DNA of 52,983 nt from positions 86,236,705 through 86,289,687 of the forward strand of contig NC_068987.1 of the NCBI RefSeq assembly GCF_001194135.2, read 5' to 3'. Source of the stretch: Octopus bimaculoides (Eukaryota). Both the position numbers and the translations under genes were made by a program. Position 1 is the stretch's first letter; every line of letters starts with the position of its first letter. The notes beneath the pieces were generated by a model. The model had not been told where the DNA came from, made no database searches, and saw nothing but the letters and a program-made list of their open reading frames with translations. Below, piece by piece: positions 10,413-23,774 of the stretch.

Positions 10413-11987
10413 ATATTTACGAGAGATCGACTACCTGTAAAAACGTATGCAATTAAACTCATAAAGAAGAGAGTATTTTTAAAACAGATTTCAGTATTAA
10501 AAGCTTTTTGTTAATGTTCATTTTCTTGTTGTTCTTTACTTTCGACTGAGATGTCATCGAATAAACCTCTAATCAAACCATTTTTATCCCCTCTTTACTT
10601 AAGTTACAAAGTTCACCTCCGAGAGCGTTCATATTATTTGAGAGAGCAGTGTGGTTTGAGGAAACTTTTAATAATAATTCAAAATACTCGAGAGACAATA
10701 TAAGAAGTTTCTCGTTGGCAACATTATTTATTTGGAAAGCTAAGACAATTAAATTTTGAAACATATAAAATTACAAAAATGAACTTAAAACCAAGCCTGC
10801 AGTTACTTTTATATTGCTATATTTTACCACCAATGAAATCGTTCTTATTTAAAATATATATATAAATATTTGTTGTTTAACATAATTTTGCTTTTTCATT
10901 CTATAAATTAAATTAAAACCTATAGCATTTCAAAACTATATTAACGCGGTCACAGAGGAGTATACTAATTGATATCTTTGTTGCACATAATTATGATGTT
11001 TGCTTCTCTAAACACAATTACATGCTACTTAAATATTAATTTAGACAATTTTGAATGAATAATACAGTAAGGGTTTTTATATGCATTCCTATTACTACAA
11101 AGTTCGTATCGTTACCATTTCCTTTTTTATATATTTCTTATGAGCAACATTTTGATTACTAGTTCTTACTGGATTTCACATTATCAAATTTTAGTTAGAT
11201 CTCACATTGGATCGCAAATCATAAATGTTCACCATAACAGAGATTATCTTCATCATTACTGTTGTCTCAATACAATCAAATGTCTTCTTAGAATCGATTA
11301 CCAATATATCTTATATATTCATTGAATGACATACATTCCCGGTCTAAATCCCTTTATCTTCGCCTTTAGATAACAATAAATATTGGGTATACAGTCAGCA
11401 TGTCAATTCACGAAACGAACGCAGCTCAGGTTTATTTGTCAAATCCGAGAGTAAATGATTGGGTTCTAGGCTTTGAAAATGCCAAGGGAATATTTCTTAC
11501 GTGATCCCCCGTTTGATAAACATATTTCAATTGTTTGGATATAATTCAAATATTGATTGGATTGCGTTTGATGTTAGATAAATCTTTGATAAGCAAAGAT
11601 TTTATACATGCTCTTTCAAGCCACACAAGGCGATGGTAATATATCTGAAGCCAGAGGAATTTTGAACATTTCACTGGTTCCAAGAGACGTACAAACTTTT
11701 GTTACATATGGTGCATTGCTAGTTATTGAACTATTTCTCTGTGTGCTGAATATAAATGGTAAACAGTATTAGGTAACACATTTCGGTGAAGCACAAATTA
11801 TAAAATGAATTACATAATACTGGTAAGTATATATGTGTGTGCGTGTGTGTGTGTGTGCGTGTGTGTGTGTGTGCGAGTATGTGTTTGCAAGTGTGTGTGT
11901 ATGTGCGCGTGTGTGTATGAGAAAGAAAGTGTGTGTGTATGTGTGTAAGTGTGAATGTGCCTGTATGTGTGTGTGCATGTGAGTGCG

Positions 11988-12187
11988 TGAAGGAACATGG
12001 CTTAGTTGTGGCTTGATCCTTAGGCTCTAAATTCGATTCCTGGCGGCGCCTTGCATACTGGAGGCCGACAGTATATTTCAGATTGCTGCCTCAGTCTACT
12101 CGACCGGCAAAAATAAGTATTACCTGTAATTGAAAGTTGATCCGTTGAACGAATGACCTAGGCTCGTCATCGTCGTAACCGATGAAG
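11988..12187 (+). mobile_element. Degenerate SINE, D-type head and core with A-type tail
   Basis: CATGGCTTAGT...TTCGATTCCTGG, CAGTCTACTCGACCGGCAAAAATAAGTA, and a tail CTCGTCATCGTCGTAACCGATGAAGTG resembling the end of family A. Confidence 0.55.
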
Positions 12188-12212
12188 TGATGTGAGTGAT
12201 TGACATGTCTGG

Positions 12213-12213
<1 letters not shown>

Positions 12214-12273
<60 letters not shown>
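12214..12273. repeat. (TG)n microsatellite
   Basis: Direct reading. Confidence 0.95.
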
Positions 12274-12276
<3 letters not shown>

Positions 12277-12577
12277 TGAATTCAATTATTCATGAGATTT
12301 ATTTATTCATCCCAACATGACGTTTACACATATAACCAGCCAAGTTTCAAAGGACTTTTATCATTCCAGTTAGAGTAACGCATGTTTGAAACCCTCATGC
12401 GTTTATAAAAAAAAAAAAAAGTTCTATACATATGGAGTATATGCATATACTGACATCAATAAACAATCGTATCTTTGATCAGTAGCCATTTCTTATTTAT
12501 TCCAGGAATATTAATGTTGTTTGGCTACCAGAAACAGATGCGTGATAGTCGGAGTAGGGATTTGGATGGAGTTACAT

Positions 12578-12962
12578 GGTTGGTTGGCACTCCGCCGGTT
12601 ACGAGGACGAGGATTCCAGTTGATCCGATCAACGGAACAGCCAGCTCGTGAAATTAACGTGCAAGTGGCTGAGCACTCCACAGACACGTGTACCCTTAAC
12701 GTAGTTCTCGGGGATATTAAGCGTGACACAGTGTGACAAGGCTGACCCTTTGAATTACAGGCACAACAGAAACAGGAAGTAAGAGTGAGAGAAAGTTGTG
12801 GTCAAAAAATACAGCAGGGTTCTCCACAATCCCCTGCCGGAGCCTTGTGGATCTTTCGGTGTTTTCGCTCAATAAACATTCACAACGCCCGGTCTGGGAA
12901 TCGAAACCACGATCCTACGTCCTGAGTCCGCTGCCCTAACCACTGGGCCATTGCGCCTCCAC
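12578..12962 (-). mobile_element. SINE family A, full length
   Basis: Inverted homolog of 1383-1765. 12-bp TSD with one mismatch: ATGGAGTTACAT (12566-12577) and ATGTAGTTACAT (12964-12975). Confidence 0.9.
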
Positions 12963-13765
12963 TATGTAGTTACATACACACTCCCGAAAAGACTTTTAAT
13001 TCTAAAGCGTAAAATATAATGTCTTACCGGATAATCCTTTCGAGATTATTATATTTTCCTCACACGCATCTACTCTTACATTTAATTATTGAAGAAAATC
13101 CATTAAATACTGTTACAGACAAAACAAAAAAAATATTAAGTTAATGCTAATAAAAAACGAAGCACTCAACAAAAATAGAAATTTGAATATTTCTGCATAA
13201 CTTTGGGAATGAAAAGTGCGAGCAAAGAAGCAATATTGTTAAATCCGGCATTAAGCAAATATTTGGAAATGGTCATGTTTAGCACAATGAAATTAATCGA
13301 TGAAGAAATCATTTACATTGTTTCCAGAACGTCTGGAACAGTTTGCAAATTAGCACACCAATTCATAAATGAAGAAGCGAAAAGAACATATAAGTATACA
13401 ATAAAAAAAAACATAAAAAGAAACGGATCCTTTCAGTGAAATGTAATAATTATTTACAGCATACAAAATTATTCAGACCATATAATTGGTGGTTTAATGA
13501 AACAGTATTTGCAATTCATAGCAGTGTTCTTTTTGTGCGTAAATCGAATATCAGGACAATATTTACTTGCATAAGTGTGTACGACTGAGAAAATAAATAC
13601 GAAATAAGAAAATTAAAACACACACGGCAGTTTTATGCTGCTTACAGTAGGCGCCAAATAAATATTAGAAATTGCTATTGTTGCTCACTGATAACGGGAG
13701 ACGCTTTCTCAAATATCTTCCTGAACCTATTATCTCAAACGTTTTTTTCTTTAGCCTCATGTTAC

Positions 13766-13930
13766 AGGAGTGGGTGTATATTAAGACGCGTACTTCTCAA
13801 CCACATGATGCCGTGTTCAGCCTCCCTACATGATACCTTGGATAAGTGTCTTCTATTATAGCATTGTGAGTGGAATCGGCAGACGAAAACTAAAAGAGGC
13901 CTGTCGTGTATATATATATATATATATAAA
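13766..13930 (+). mobile_element. SINE family B head plus (TA)n
   Basis: AGGAGTGGGTGTAT...CAACCACATG...ACCTTGGATAAGTGTCTTCTATTATAGC...GCCTGTCGTGTATATA. Confidence 0.8.
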
Positions 13931-14792
13931 TATAATATGAGAGGCTTCACTGAGGAGTAGGAAACCACTAATGTTCCGTCCTGGTTGTCCTGTGTGTCTT
14001 TGTATCGTCCATCTGTCCGTATGTTTTTATTGCTGTCCGCTACATTCTTGTTCGGTTTATGAATTTACGTTTAGATATATTTGGAGTACTTAAATGTACA
14101 TATGACTTTGCATCTGCGTTTTCCGTTGGTATATGTAAGTATTCCATTTATTCGTATCGTGTTCTCGCCAATAAAGGAAGAATCCTTTTGGATTAATCCA
14201 GAAATCGGTCTGATTCTGGGATACCAAATTTTGAAAATTCCTGTTAGCTTGCTATCCTCGTTTCAACATGCTGTGTATTTATAGGGAAAAAATATTGTAT
14301 GTTGTTAGGCGATCTAAAGTCTATTATTCAGCATGTTGGCATAGAATTGTTTCTTTTCCCCTTATTTATAATTGTATTTATAATTTTCACTTTAAAAGGT
14401 ATTTTAATATTCTGGCCACTAATAAAATGTTTTTGAGAAATGTTATCCTTTTATGAGAAGTATATATAAATACATACATNNNNNNNNNNNNNNNNNNNNN
14501 NNNNNNNNNNNNNNNNNNNNNNNNNNNNNNNNNNNNNNNNNNNNNNNNNNNNNNNNNNNNNNNNNNNNNNNNNNNNNNNNNNNNNNNNNNNNNNNNNNNN
14601 NNNNNNNNNNNNNNNNNNNNNNNNNNNNNNNNNNNNNNNNNNNNNNNNNNNNNNNNNNNNNNNNNNNNNNNNNATATATATATATATATATACGTGCAGT
14701 TGCTGATGTATAGTAAAGCGACCGCTTACAAACCGCATTCTTCTAATTTCCACTCAATAGGAAAACATCATTTTGCGATTTGGAGCGTCGTC

Positions 14793-14829
<37 letters not shown>

Positions 14830-14830
<1 letters not shown>

Positions 14831-16420
14831 TAGCAATGCATCCCGGTATTGCCTGGGTGTTATGACCTACACCCACATTGTAACATTTGTTTCTTTGTTA
14901 TGGGCAGAATCGGTACACGAGGAGTGTGAAGTAAACAAATCTTTATAAATATGGTTTGTGTCATTTTGTGATGAACAATGCTGAAATTGTTAACACCAAA
15001 AACATGTAGAATGGCAGCTTAGATTAGAATGAAATCCTAACATTACACCCAAAATTACCTAGACCTATCGATTAAAAGAATTGGATTACGCATGAGGACG
15101 TAGAATTATCCGTATTGCGGAAAGTGAGGCACATGGAGAGAACGCTGCTTCATTGTGAAAAGCATCATCTCTGTAATGTTTGGGCAGACTGCACATTTCA
15201 ACTTACATTAAGTGAAACCGACAATGCTTCTGGGTAAACTATGTTTTGCGTAAGTCTAGTCTTAATAGAATAAATATACAAGTCATCTGCACTGCTAACT
15301 CGGGAGCATGCGACATATAATTGTTCATTAGAAAAGCAGAGTATTTGTAAACTGAGATCGTCAGTTTTTAAAGCCTGACCCTGGATTTTGTTGATTGTCA
15401 TAGCGAAGCACAATCGCACTGGGAACTGAAGGTAGTTTAATTGAAATGACTCATTTGAGGGAATAAGGAGCATGCGCGGAATGTATGCGATCTCTCTTCG
15501 ATGACAGCCAGCAATAATGGTTGCTTGTAGGACATCACTTTTCATTGCAGTTACAGTCAATATTGTGCCATTGCATTGTCGTGGTGGGTCGAAATTTCTC
15601 AGGAGCATGATAGGTGTACTTTTCTTTAGGAAGAATTAATGTGGTGGCAGTTCTGTGAGTTGTAGAAAGTTGAGAAATTCAACTGGATACTCAACAGTGG
15701 CATGTTTTTCGATGGTAGTATCAATGGAGACAAACATAGAAGCATTTCCAGGTAGAATGCGGAGGAGTTCATGGTTTACTTTATCAACGCTTTCATTCCG
15801 AGGTGCTAAAATGGCTCTCTCTGCGAACCATGCTATGTTTTCGAAGTTGTCTTTAAACTCGGCTAATGTAGGCATCATGTGCCAACATTGCAGTACATGC
15901 TGTTGCAGGGTGTTATTCAACAGTAAGGTGCCATTTCAAATTTGTAGAAGTTGATGAAAGAATTCCTCAGCTAAGGGGTTGTTGTAGAGATGAGTTCGCA
16001 TATTGTTGCTTAATGAAAGCTAACGAACAAAACTACACTCATCCACAGAGATGAAATGTTCAGACACACATAGATGTCGTCAGCTCGCGTACCTCGTGGT
16101 ATGACTGGTAATATTTGACTGAAATTCCTTGTCAGGACAACAATTCAGCACCCCCCCCCCNNNNNNNNNNATTTGAGTGAAATTCCTTGTCAGGACAACA
16201 ATTCAGCCCCCCCCCCCAGTATTGGTTTTAATATCCATTAGTGACCTATCTAGGGTTTCTAGTGCACCACAATGTGCCATCGTGTATTCATCCCAGACAA
16301 TAAGTGAAATTAAAAGCAGAACGTCCGCCGTCGGTGATCCTTTTGAAATATTACCCATTTGAGCATCGCTAAAGTGAGTTCTCTTGAGCACGAATGGAAG
16401 CGGTTTTCTTTCCGGCCCTT
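14830..16420 (-). mobile_element. Helitron fragment: decayed PIF1-family helicase with intact 3' terminus
   Basis: Minus-strand peptides NISKGS...LIVWDEYTMAH.ALETLDRSL, FSQILPVIPRGTRAD, L..NMR...QLLQI*NG, ERAILAPRN, YPVEFLN...LPPH, MLLRNFDPP.CNGT, QFPVRLCFAMTINKIQGQ, QLYVACSRV and TQNIVYPEAL are RepHel helicase motifs, broken by stops and frameshifts. The minus-strand 3' end reads CCCAGGCAATACCGGG (hairpin, 14842-14857), then CTAG|T (14830-14833). Confidence 0.92.
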
Positions 16421-16817
16421 GTTTGTGGAGATAAATGAGAACGTCTTCGTTTTGGTGGCATGGCTGAAAAGTGCGAACGATTAAAGGACATGTAAGATAG
16501 AAGATAAAGCAATTTAAAGTTTTAGAAGCGGATGAAAAGAAGTGGAAAATATCATACGTCATTTTGTATACCGTCATTATGAGAAGCGGTAAATTGTGAA
16601 TGATTTGGCTATGTTCTGTCTTGATAAGCGTAATGCATTCTGTCAGCTGATTTATAGTGGAATGGATTACTGTCCAGATGCGAAGGGTGGGGTACAATTT
16701 GCATGAAATCTCCTGGCATCGATACCACCTATTAATCTCAGATGGTATATCTCGGTTACTTTATGAAATGTTTCCTATACATATTCTTTGAAAGAGAAAG
16801 TTAAAAAGAAAGTTGAC

Positions 16818-17160
16818 AGGCGCAGGCGTAGCTGCGTGGAAAGGAGTTTGCTTCCCAACCACATGGTTCCAGGTTCAGTCCCACTGCCTGATAACTTAAA
16901 GAAGCCTGTCGTATATATATATATATATATATATATTTACGCGTATCTGTGTGTGTATGTGTGTGTGTCTTCCTGCCATCGCTTAACAACGGTTGGTGAT
17001 TATATGTCTCCGTGACTAAGCGGTTCGGCACAAGTAACCGATAGATTAAGTATTAGAGTTACAAAGAATAAGATCTGAGGTCGATTTCTTCGACTAAGTC
17101 AGGGCTCCAGCATGGCTGCAGTCATATAAATGAAACAAGTGAAGCAATAGAAAATAAAAG
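16818..17160 (+). mobile_element. SINE family B, both halves, internal deletion in the head
   Basis: Head, short (TA)/(TG) centre and tail are all present without a gap. Confidence 0.85.
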
Positions 17161-17474
17161 TTTATAAGAGAAACGTTATCATAAAGAAAGCATCATTTTA
17201 TAAGCGTTGTCTGTATATCAATTAATAAACATGTATATCTTAGTGTTAACTTGTGCTAACCTCATGCATGAAATCTACGATGAAACAACTTCCATCTTAT
17301 TCTATTTTGAACAGTCTTTTCATTCTTTTTTTAAGACCATAAAACTCTAAATAGCATGTCATAAAAAATAAGTAGGTTGTGACTCGAGAAAGATTTCACC
17401 ACTATTGCAAAACATCGAGCTGTTACACCCTTACAAGTTGACTCATGATATCTAGAGAAGTACCTCACATACAC

Positions 17475-17672
17475 TGAAATCACGAAATTTTGTGGGGGGG
17501 GGCAGTCGATTAGATCGACCCCCATTACGCAACTGGTACTTAATTTATCGACGCCGAAAGGATGAAATTCAAAGACGACCTCGACAGAATTTGAACTCAG
17601 AACCTAAAAACGCACGAAATGTCGCTAAGCATTTCGTCCGACGTGCTAACCTTTCTGCCATTTCACTGCGTT
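17475..17672 (-). mobile_element. SINE family C
   Basis: AGTCGATTAGATCGACCCC...CTGGTACTTAATTTATCGAC.CCGAAAGGATGAAA...GAATTTGAACTCAGAAC...GCTAAGCATTTCG. Confidence 0.85.
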
Positions 17673-18123
17673 TGGACATTGCATGGGACATTGAACAAGG
17701 CAATGACTCGCTTTTTATGCATTTAAGTTCCTATCAGAGTATTTTTTTCATCCACATTTCAATGTTGTTCTACTAAAATTTCGAAACAGCATCAGTTGTT
17801 TTGACTAAAAGAATAAGGGAAGAATGTACCCAATCATTTTTACAGACATTGGTAACTTGCTGATTAGAAAAATAATTCATTTCAACTAATAAGTGTAATT
17901 AGTACGGCATTTGAAATATGGTTCTTTAGTAAATGAAAAATGTCGCACTAAATTTTCAATTTGCACTAAAAGTTTCCATATTTCTGCTCAATTTTAACAG
18001 AACAACCAAACAGGCACGCGCACAGACACGAGCGTTCATATATATATATAAAGAAACACACACACGCACACACTCACTTATACACACATACGTACATAGA
18101 TTTGTATGTATGTGTGTGTGTGT

Positions 18124-18124
18124 C

Positions 18125-18193
<69 letters not shown>
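18124..18193. repeat. (GA)n microsatellite
   Basis: Direct reading. Confidence 0.95.
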
Positions 18194-18196
<3 letters not shown>

Positions 18197-19699
18197 TGTG
18201 TGTGTGTGTATAAACATTGCTTAATTACAAAGTCAGTGTTTATTAAAACGCATTTCATTTCCCAAATTTAATAGAATCTTCTGACTGAATTTAATTATTT
18301 CATGAACAGCTTATTAGGAACTGATGACGGTTCTAATCCAGGCTCTGCTGATGACATAATGCAATGTAATCGCAAATATCAAGAATCATTTCATTCCTTA
18401 TTTGTGTGCATTCTCGTTCAATTAGTCGTCTGTTGACGCCTTTGTAGTGTAAACTTCATCTTATAAGTATCTCATAGTATGAGATCTGGTGAATACTGTG
18501 TTTACTCTACTGAACCTTTTCATCAAATCCATATATCTGTTTTACCACCACAATTACTGAGCTATACGGATTACAGCAGATATAATATAGGAAAAGAACA
18601 GAAATACAGAGAATGTCTCTTAATNNNNNNNNNNATAAGTACCATATTCAAGCCTTGAATCTATATCTAAACCGTCTATATATAGATATATATAGATATA
18701 TATAGAGATAAATTTGTCCTTAGTTTATTCAACACATAAACATCACCATTTGATCCTCACTTTCAAGCATATTATGCATTTTTTGTTGAAAGTGTTCAGA
18801 GATATTTTGTATTCTTTGAAATCGGTATCCATACAGCGTTCATTGAAAGTTTAAGAAAAGAAAGATATTACAGTTATGACGTTAGACATGTAGCATGATG
18901 CAGGAAAAGGGGCTTTGATGAAATAAAATACTTCTATAGCAGTATCCTTCTCAAACACTTTTTGATATCCAAGTAAAATGATTTACTGATCGTAAGCTTA
19001 CCTGTTACAAACTCATAATGCACAACATCCTTGGAAAGAAAAAAGGGCAATATACAACACTTTAAACCTTGTGTGACTCAGTTGTTTATTTTTACAACGC
19101 GATGACAAATACAATTTTTCATTTTTTTTTTTTACTTTGTAGACCCACACTCGCTTTTCGTGAGCTTCAGCGATAAATCTTAGAATGTTTTCATTAAAAA
19201 ATTGACAGAAGAAACGGAACACGAGTTTTATGAAACGTTTTGCATTCACACATTTTCTACCAACGTGATGCATCTTATAATAAAAATCATGAGAATCAAT
19301 GTTTTACTGACACCTACATGATCAGAGACGTCTGGGATGTTCAATGGCAAATTACCATACCAGAGCTAACAGTTGGCACTTTGGAATCTGATTTAATTTA
19401 GGAAATTTAAAATGCAGATACGACACATTTAGGCTTGATGTAAAATTAAGAATGACCCCCGTATGAGGACCTAAGAAATACGCTGCTGATCCATGCGCTT
19501 CATTATTTAATTTGAAATCTTGTAGGTTAGAGGTACTTTCTCTAACAATTTTAGACCGATAAGTACATGACATAGAGTAACGTGGCTTTACCATGACTGT
19601 AGATCTCGATCACATAATTACAGTAATGCATTCGTTTGAACAAGTCGTCATTTTTTTTTTCAGGGGGGCGATATCAAATAAATGGGTGTGTGTTCGTCT

Positions 19700-19921
19700 C
19701 TCTGTGTTGGTGTGTGCCCTTAACATAGCTGGACAATCGGAGTTTTGGATTTTTACGTTTCCGTAACTTAGTGGCTTGGAAAATGTGACGATAAAATAAG
19801 CAGCGGAATTTGAAAACAATAAGTTCTGAGATCGATTTGTTTCGAATAACCGTTTCAAGGCTGTGCCCTAGCATGACCACGCTCCATGCTAGGACACTAA
19901 AACAAGTAGAAGATAGACGAT
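19700..19921 (+). mobile_element. SINE family B 3' half, diverged
   Basis: CCGTAACTTAG...GATCGATTTG...GTGCCCTAGCATGACC...AAACAAGTAGAAG. Confidence 0.7.
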
Positions 19922-20485
19922 AAATGATGTGTATGGCTATACTTGTTTATGTGCGCCTGTATGTGCTTCTATCCACGCGCGTGTTTGTGTGAGTGTGTGC
20001 GTATGTGTGTGTTTGTGCGCGCGTGCTTGTGAGCTTCGGCAATTATGTACTTTTATATCTAAATGAACTTGTATTTCTGCACATACTACTAAGTTGCACA
20101 ATTTCTACCATACAAAACCATATATTTTCTCCTTGGCATTTCAATATCACTGATGAAGCATTTAAGATAAATCTATCGCGTTATCTTTGAATATGTATAT
20201 AAATTCCTTTCATTATATATTCTGATTTTGTCTTACTGTCACTCGGTAAATTCCTTATCTTCTTTATTCAATGGATTATTTATGTATTTTATCTTCCCCT
20301 TGCATTTTCCTTACATATTACCTTCCAATAACACTATAATTCACTCTAATACTATAAAATGCCATATTATATTTTTATCAAGCCTATACTTATTTATTAT
20401 CTTCTATTATAGATTCCATTCTTTTGCCTGTCTTTGAATCTTAATTCAGAATCTCGTCATGTAGAGACACACAGACACACAAACA

Positions 20486-20640
<155 letters not shown>

Positions 20641-21294
20641 TCAAAGGTACGCCTGCTTATAGCAGTTACGATTGCATGTTCAAAAGTATATTTCATGTCT
20701 GTCTATGTTGTGCGATAATATCAATTGCATTACAGACTAGGTGCTGCAACAGTCCGATTGCAAAATTGTATTTGGTTGCGTTCAAATCTTTCAGCGTTGA
20801 TCAAATATGTATGTATATAATAAATGCTTGAACGTACCCGTTTGTTCCACCCTTTATATTATGCATGTGTATTATACCGACATGCTCCAGTATACTTTAG
20901 AAGCCACTTCTTCCGTTTATTGCATTCATCACAAATATAGCAACAAAGATAAATAAGAATTTTTCATACAAGCGTTAATATCACAAATGATATTAAATGA
21001 TTTTGTGGCATCCAACACTACGAATTAATTGAACGGTGGATCTAGGCTGGCTGTTCCCTTTCTCTGCTTTTTGGATTTAAACACTGCTAAGATAAACGGA
21101 GTAAGTTAACCTGAGTGTCCATAAATATTTGTCCGCCCAAGGGTATCGATTGGCAGAGTTAGTTTTCGTCGAATAGGGAGTCTTTCAGCATCTGAAACAG
21201 CTCTAGGCATTCCATGCTTACAATTTCTCTCCTCTATCCCAAATCATTATATCAGGTCTGTTGTGCTTACATTTTATGTATGTATGTATGTATA

Positions 21295-21445
21295 GTTCAA
21301 ATTTACAGAAAACAAAAGACGAAAACAGATGAAGGGAGAACAAGCAGATGTTATAGCTCCAATAGAAATGTCTGGCAAAATGGAAATGCTTTTGTCGTTT
21401 CGAGCCTACGTGGACTGATGGGGAAAATGGAGAGAGAATGGGTTA
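21295..21445 (-). mobile_element. Third, decayed copy of the PLE-tail repeat
   Basis: The minus strand reads CTCCATTTTCCCCATC...TCCACGTAG-GCTCGAAACG..., sharing GCTCGAAACG and the GAACTATA end with 2020-2195. Confidence 0.5.
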
Positions 21446-22459
21446 TCATGTATGTGTATGTGCGTGTGCAAAACCCGTGGGTGTGTAGGTGTGCGTGATG
21501 TGGAAACGCATGGGCTTATGTGCGTGTGTGTGTACAAGTCACCGAGAGCGTGTGTTGTGTGGATGAGATATGTGTTTCGTGTATGTGTGTGTGTGTGCCC
21601 GTGTACACAAGGACGTGAGTGTGTTTGTATGTGTGCATGTATCAGATGATGTATATTTTGTGTACGACTAAGTATGTGCGTATGATGACTTTGTCTGTTT
21701 GTGTGTGTGCGTGTGTTGTGTGTGTGTGTGTGTCCATATGTGTGTGTGTGCATTTAAACATATATGGGCGAAATAAACTACACAATCTTCCTATTCAACT
21801 GATGTGCATAAATAAAAATGGAGCTTATTGACAGATCATTTTCTGTTTTTGTTGACAACACGCCTTAGGTGAGAGGTTCTTCCTCTTATCTGCTACATAA
21901 TATAGTCATAAATTAAGTTAGCACTGTATTAGTAGCTAATTTATATCTTTGTGCTATCGAGGGTTCTTCATTAATAATCCAAAATCTAATGTATGCACTC
22001 AACAGCATAAATAAGAACTTAGACAAATTTAAACAGTATAAAGGTTGCGTGACCGAATCGTGAAGTAATGGATACTCAAGGGCAGATCGACACTGTAAAA
22101 TTCTCCCCGCGTGAGAGACATGCAGATGTAAAAAAAAAACTCCAGTGCAGTAGAGAAATACACAGGAATCCGAGACCTCATCTTGAAAAGTTCCACGCAA
22201 CTCAGAGACACATTCCAACCCGTAGCTCACAGACACTACTTTTTCTCTCTAAATTTCCTGTTGTTACTTCAATGCTATTTTCTACAAGGAATTGCTTGGG
22301 TACAAACCCTCCCTACTCAGGCATCTAGACAAACTACTTTTAACCTTTTTCTACTCGTCACACTCCTCAAGGTCCGCTCTATATGGTATGCACAGTTTTT
22401 CCTTTCCACAACGTCGGATCTCTGGACCTGTCTCTCTGTTCAAGTCTCATGTTTGTAAT

Positions 22460-22646
22460 TTATTTTTCTACTCTTGGCACAAATCCCGAAATTTTGGGGG
22501 AGAGACCCAGTCTATTATATTCACCCTAGTACGCAACTTGTAGTTAATTTATTGACCCCGAAAGGATGAAAGGCACAGTCAACCTCGGCGCAGTTTGAAC
22601 TCAGAACGTAAATACAGACGAAATATCGCTAAGCTTTCGCCGCCTC
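22460..22646 (-). mobile_element. SINE family C with a deletion in the head
   Basis: Core GACCCCGAAAGGATGAAAGGCACAGTCAACCTCGGCG. 13-bp TSD with one mismatch: TCATGTTTGTAAT (22447-22459) and TCATATTTGTAAT (22648-22660). Confidence 0.85.
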
Positions 22647-23074
22647 GTCATATTTGTAATATTGCAACAATTACGTTACCTTTTAAGCGGTCTGAAGTAC
22701 CAAATAACGTCTCTCCATTTTCTTTTCCTTTTCACATTCCGTTTTCCATTTCCTGTTTCCTTTTCTCTTTTCCTTTCTTCCTTTGTTTTCATTCACTCCT
22801 CCAAATAGGCTTTTCTCTTTCTTTCTCTCCTCTTCCTTCATTCCTTCCTCTTACTCTCCTACCTTCCATCTTGTCTCCTCTATTTTTCATACTTTCTCTC
22901 CAGCATCATACCCTAAGATTAGAAAACTTTATATAAATGTACATACTCCATCAAGTTTCCAGTAGCAACTTCCTTGAAGCTCCTGGTAGCTACAGGTAAC
23001 ACTGAAAGTGTATGTGTTTGTCCATGTATGCATATGTGTATATACCTAGACATGGAGGTACATGCATGTGTATG

Positions 23075-23117
<43 letters not shown>

Positions 23118-23774
23118 TTGTGTGCGAGTATTTGTGGGTGTATGCATCTGCGCCTGTTTGTATCTTTCTATCTTCATTCTTTTTCTCCCCGTCATCTTAG
23201 TGTCGCCCTCTCACAAATTTACTGAAACGTTTATTTTCGATCAAATTTCTCTCTCGTTCTCTCTATATATCCTTGTCTCTCCTTTCTCCCTCTCTCTTTC
23301 TCACTTTCTATTTCCCTCTTAATATACGGTGATAGTATTTGCTAAGATAAATCAATAGTGGCTATATTTGTTCCAAATGCTATCATATCCGTCTAATAGA
23401 AATATTTATGCATGAATGCCTGCAATAAAACAGATACTTATCCAAACCGCCGCTCTTCTGTTTGAAAAGGGTGAAATGACATGCATTATAAAAATGTTGC
23501 ATAATTGACGAAGTCTATTCGAAGATTAGCAGAATCGGTTATTACTAAGTGGGCTATTTGTGTATTATCGCTGGAAGAATTCACTTTTTCAATGAAGCCA
23601 ACTATTACATGCTAAAACTATAAATGCGTATTGTGAATTTGTATGTAATTATGAGCAGAATAAGTTTGTATAAACACAGGAATGGACGATGTTAGATTAA
23701 ATATTTGCTGGTCGAATAGCTGATCGATTTTCAATTCGTATTCTAGAAGTGACGTTTTATTTTAGATTTCTAAT

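Noticed and set aside
13203-13439. 78-aa plus-strand ORF with protein-like composition
   Set aside because: No family motif or convincing splice sites, and the length is within chance expectation.
16113-16217. Apparent 48-bp tandem duplication inside the Helitron
   Set aside because: The two copies flank a 10-N gap and end in poly-C, so this is best explained as overlapping contig ends or haplotypes.
18700-18850. Possible mariner C-terminal relic on the minus strand (SNGD..VE*)
   Set aside because: Too few matching residues to support a call.
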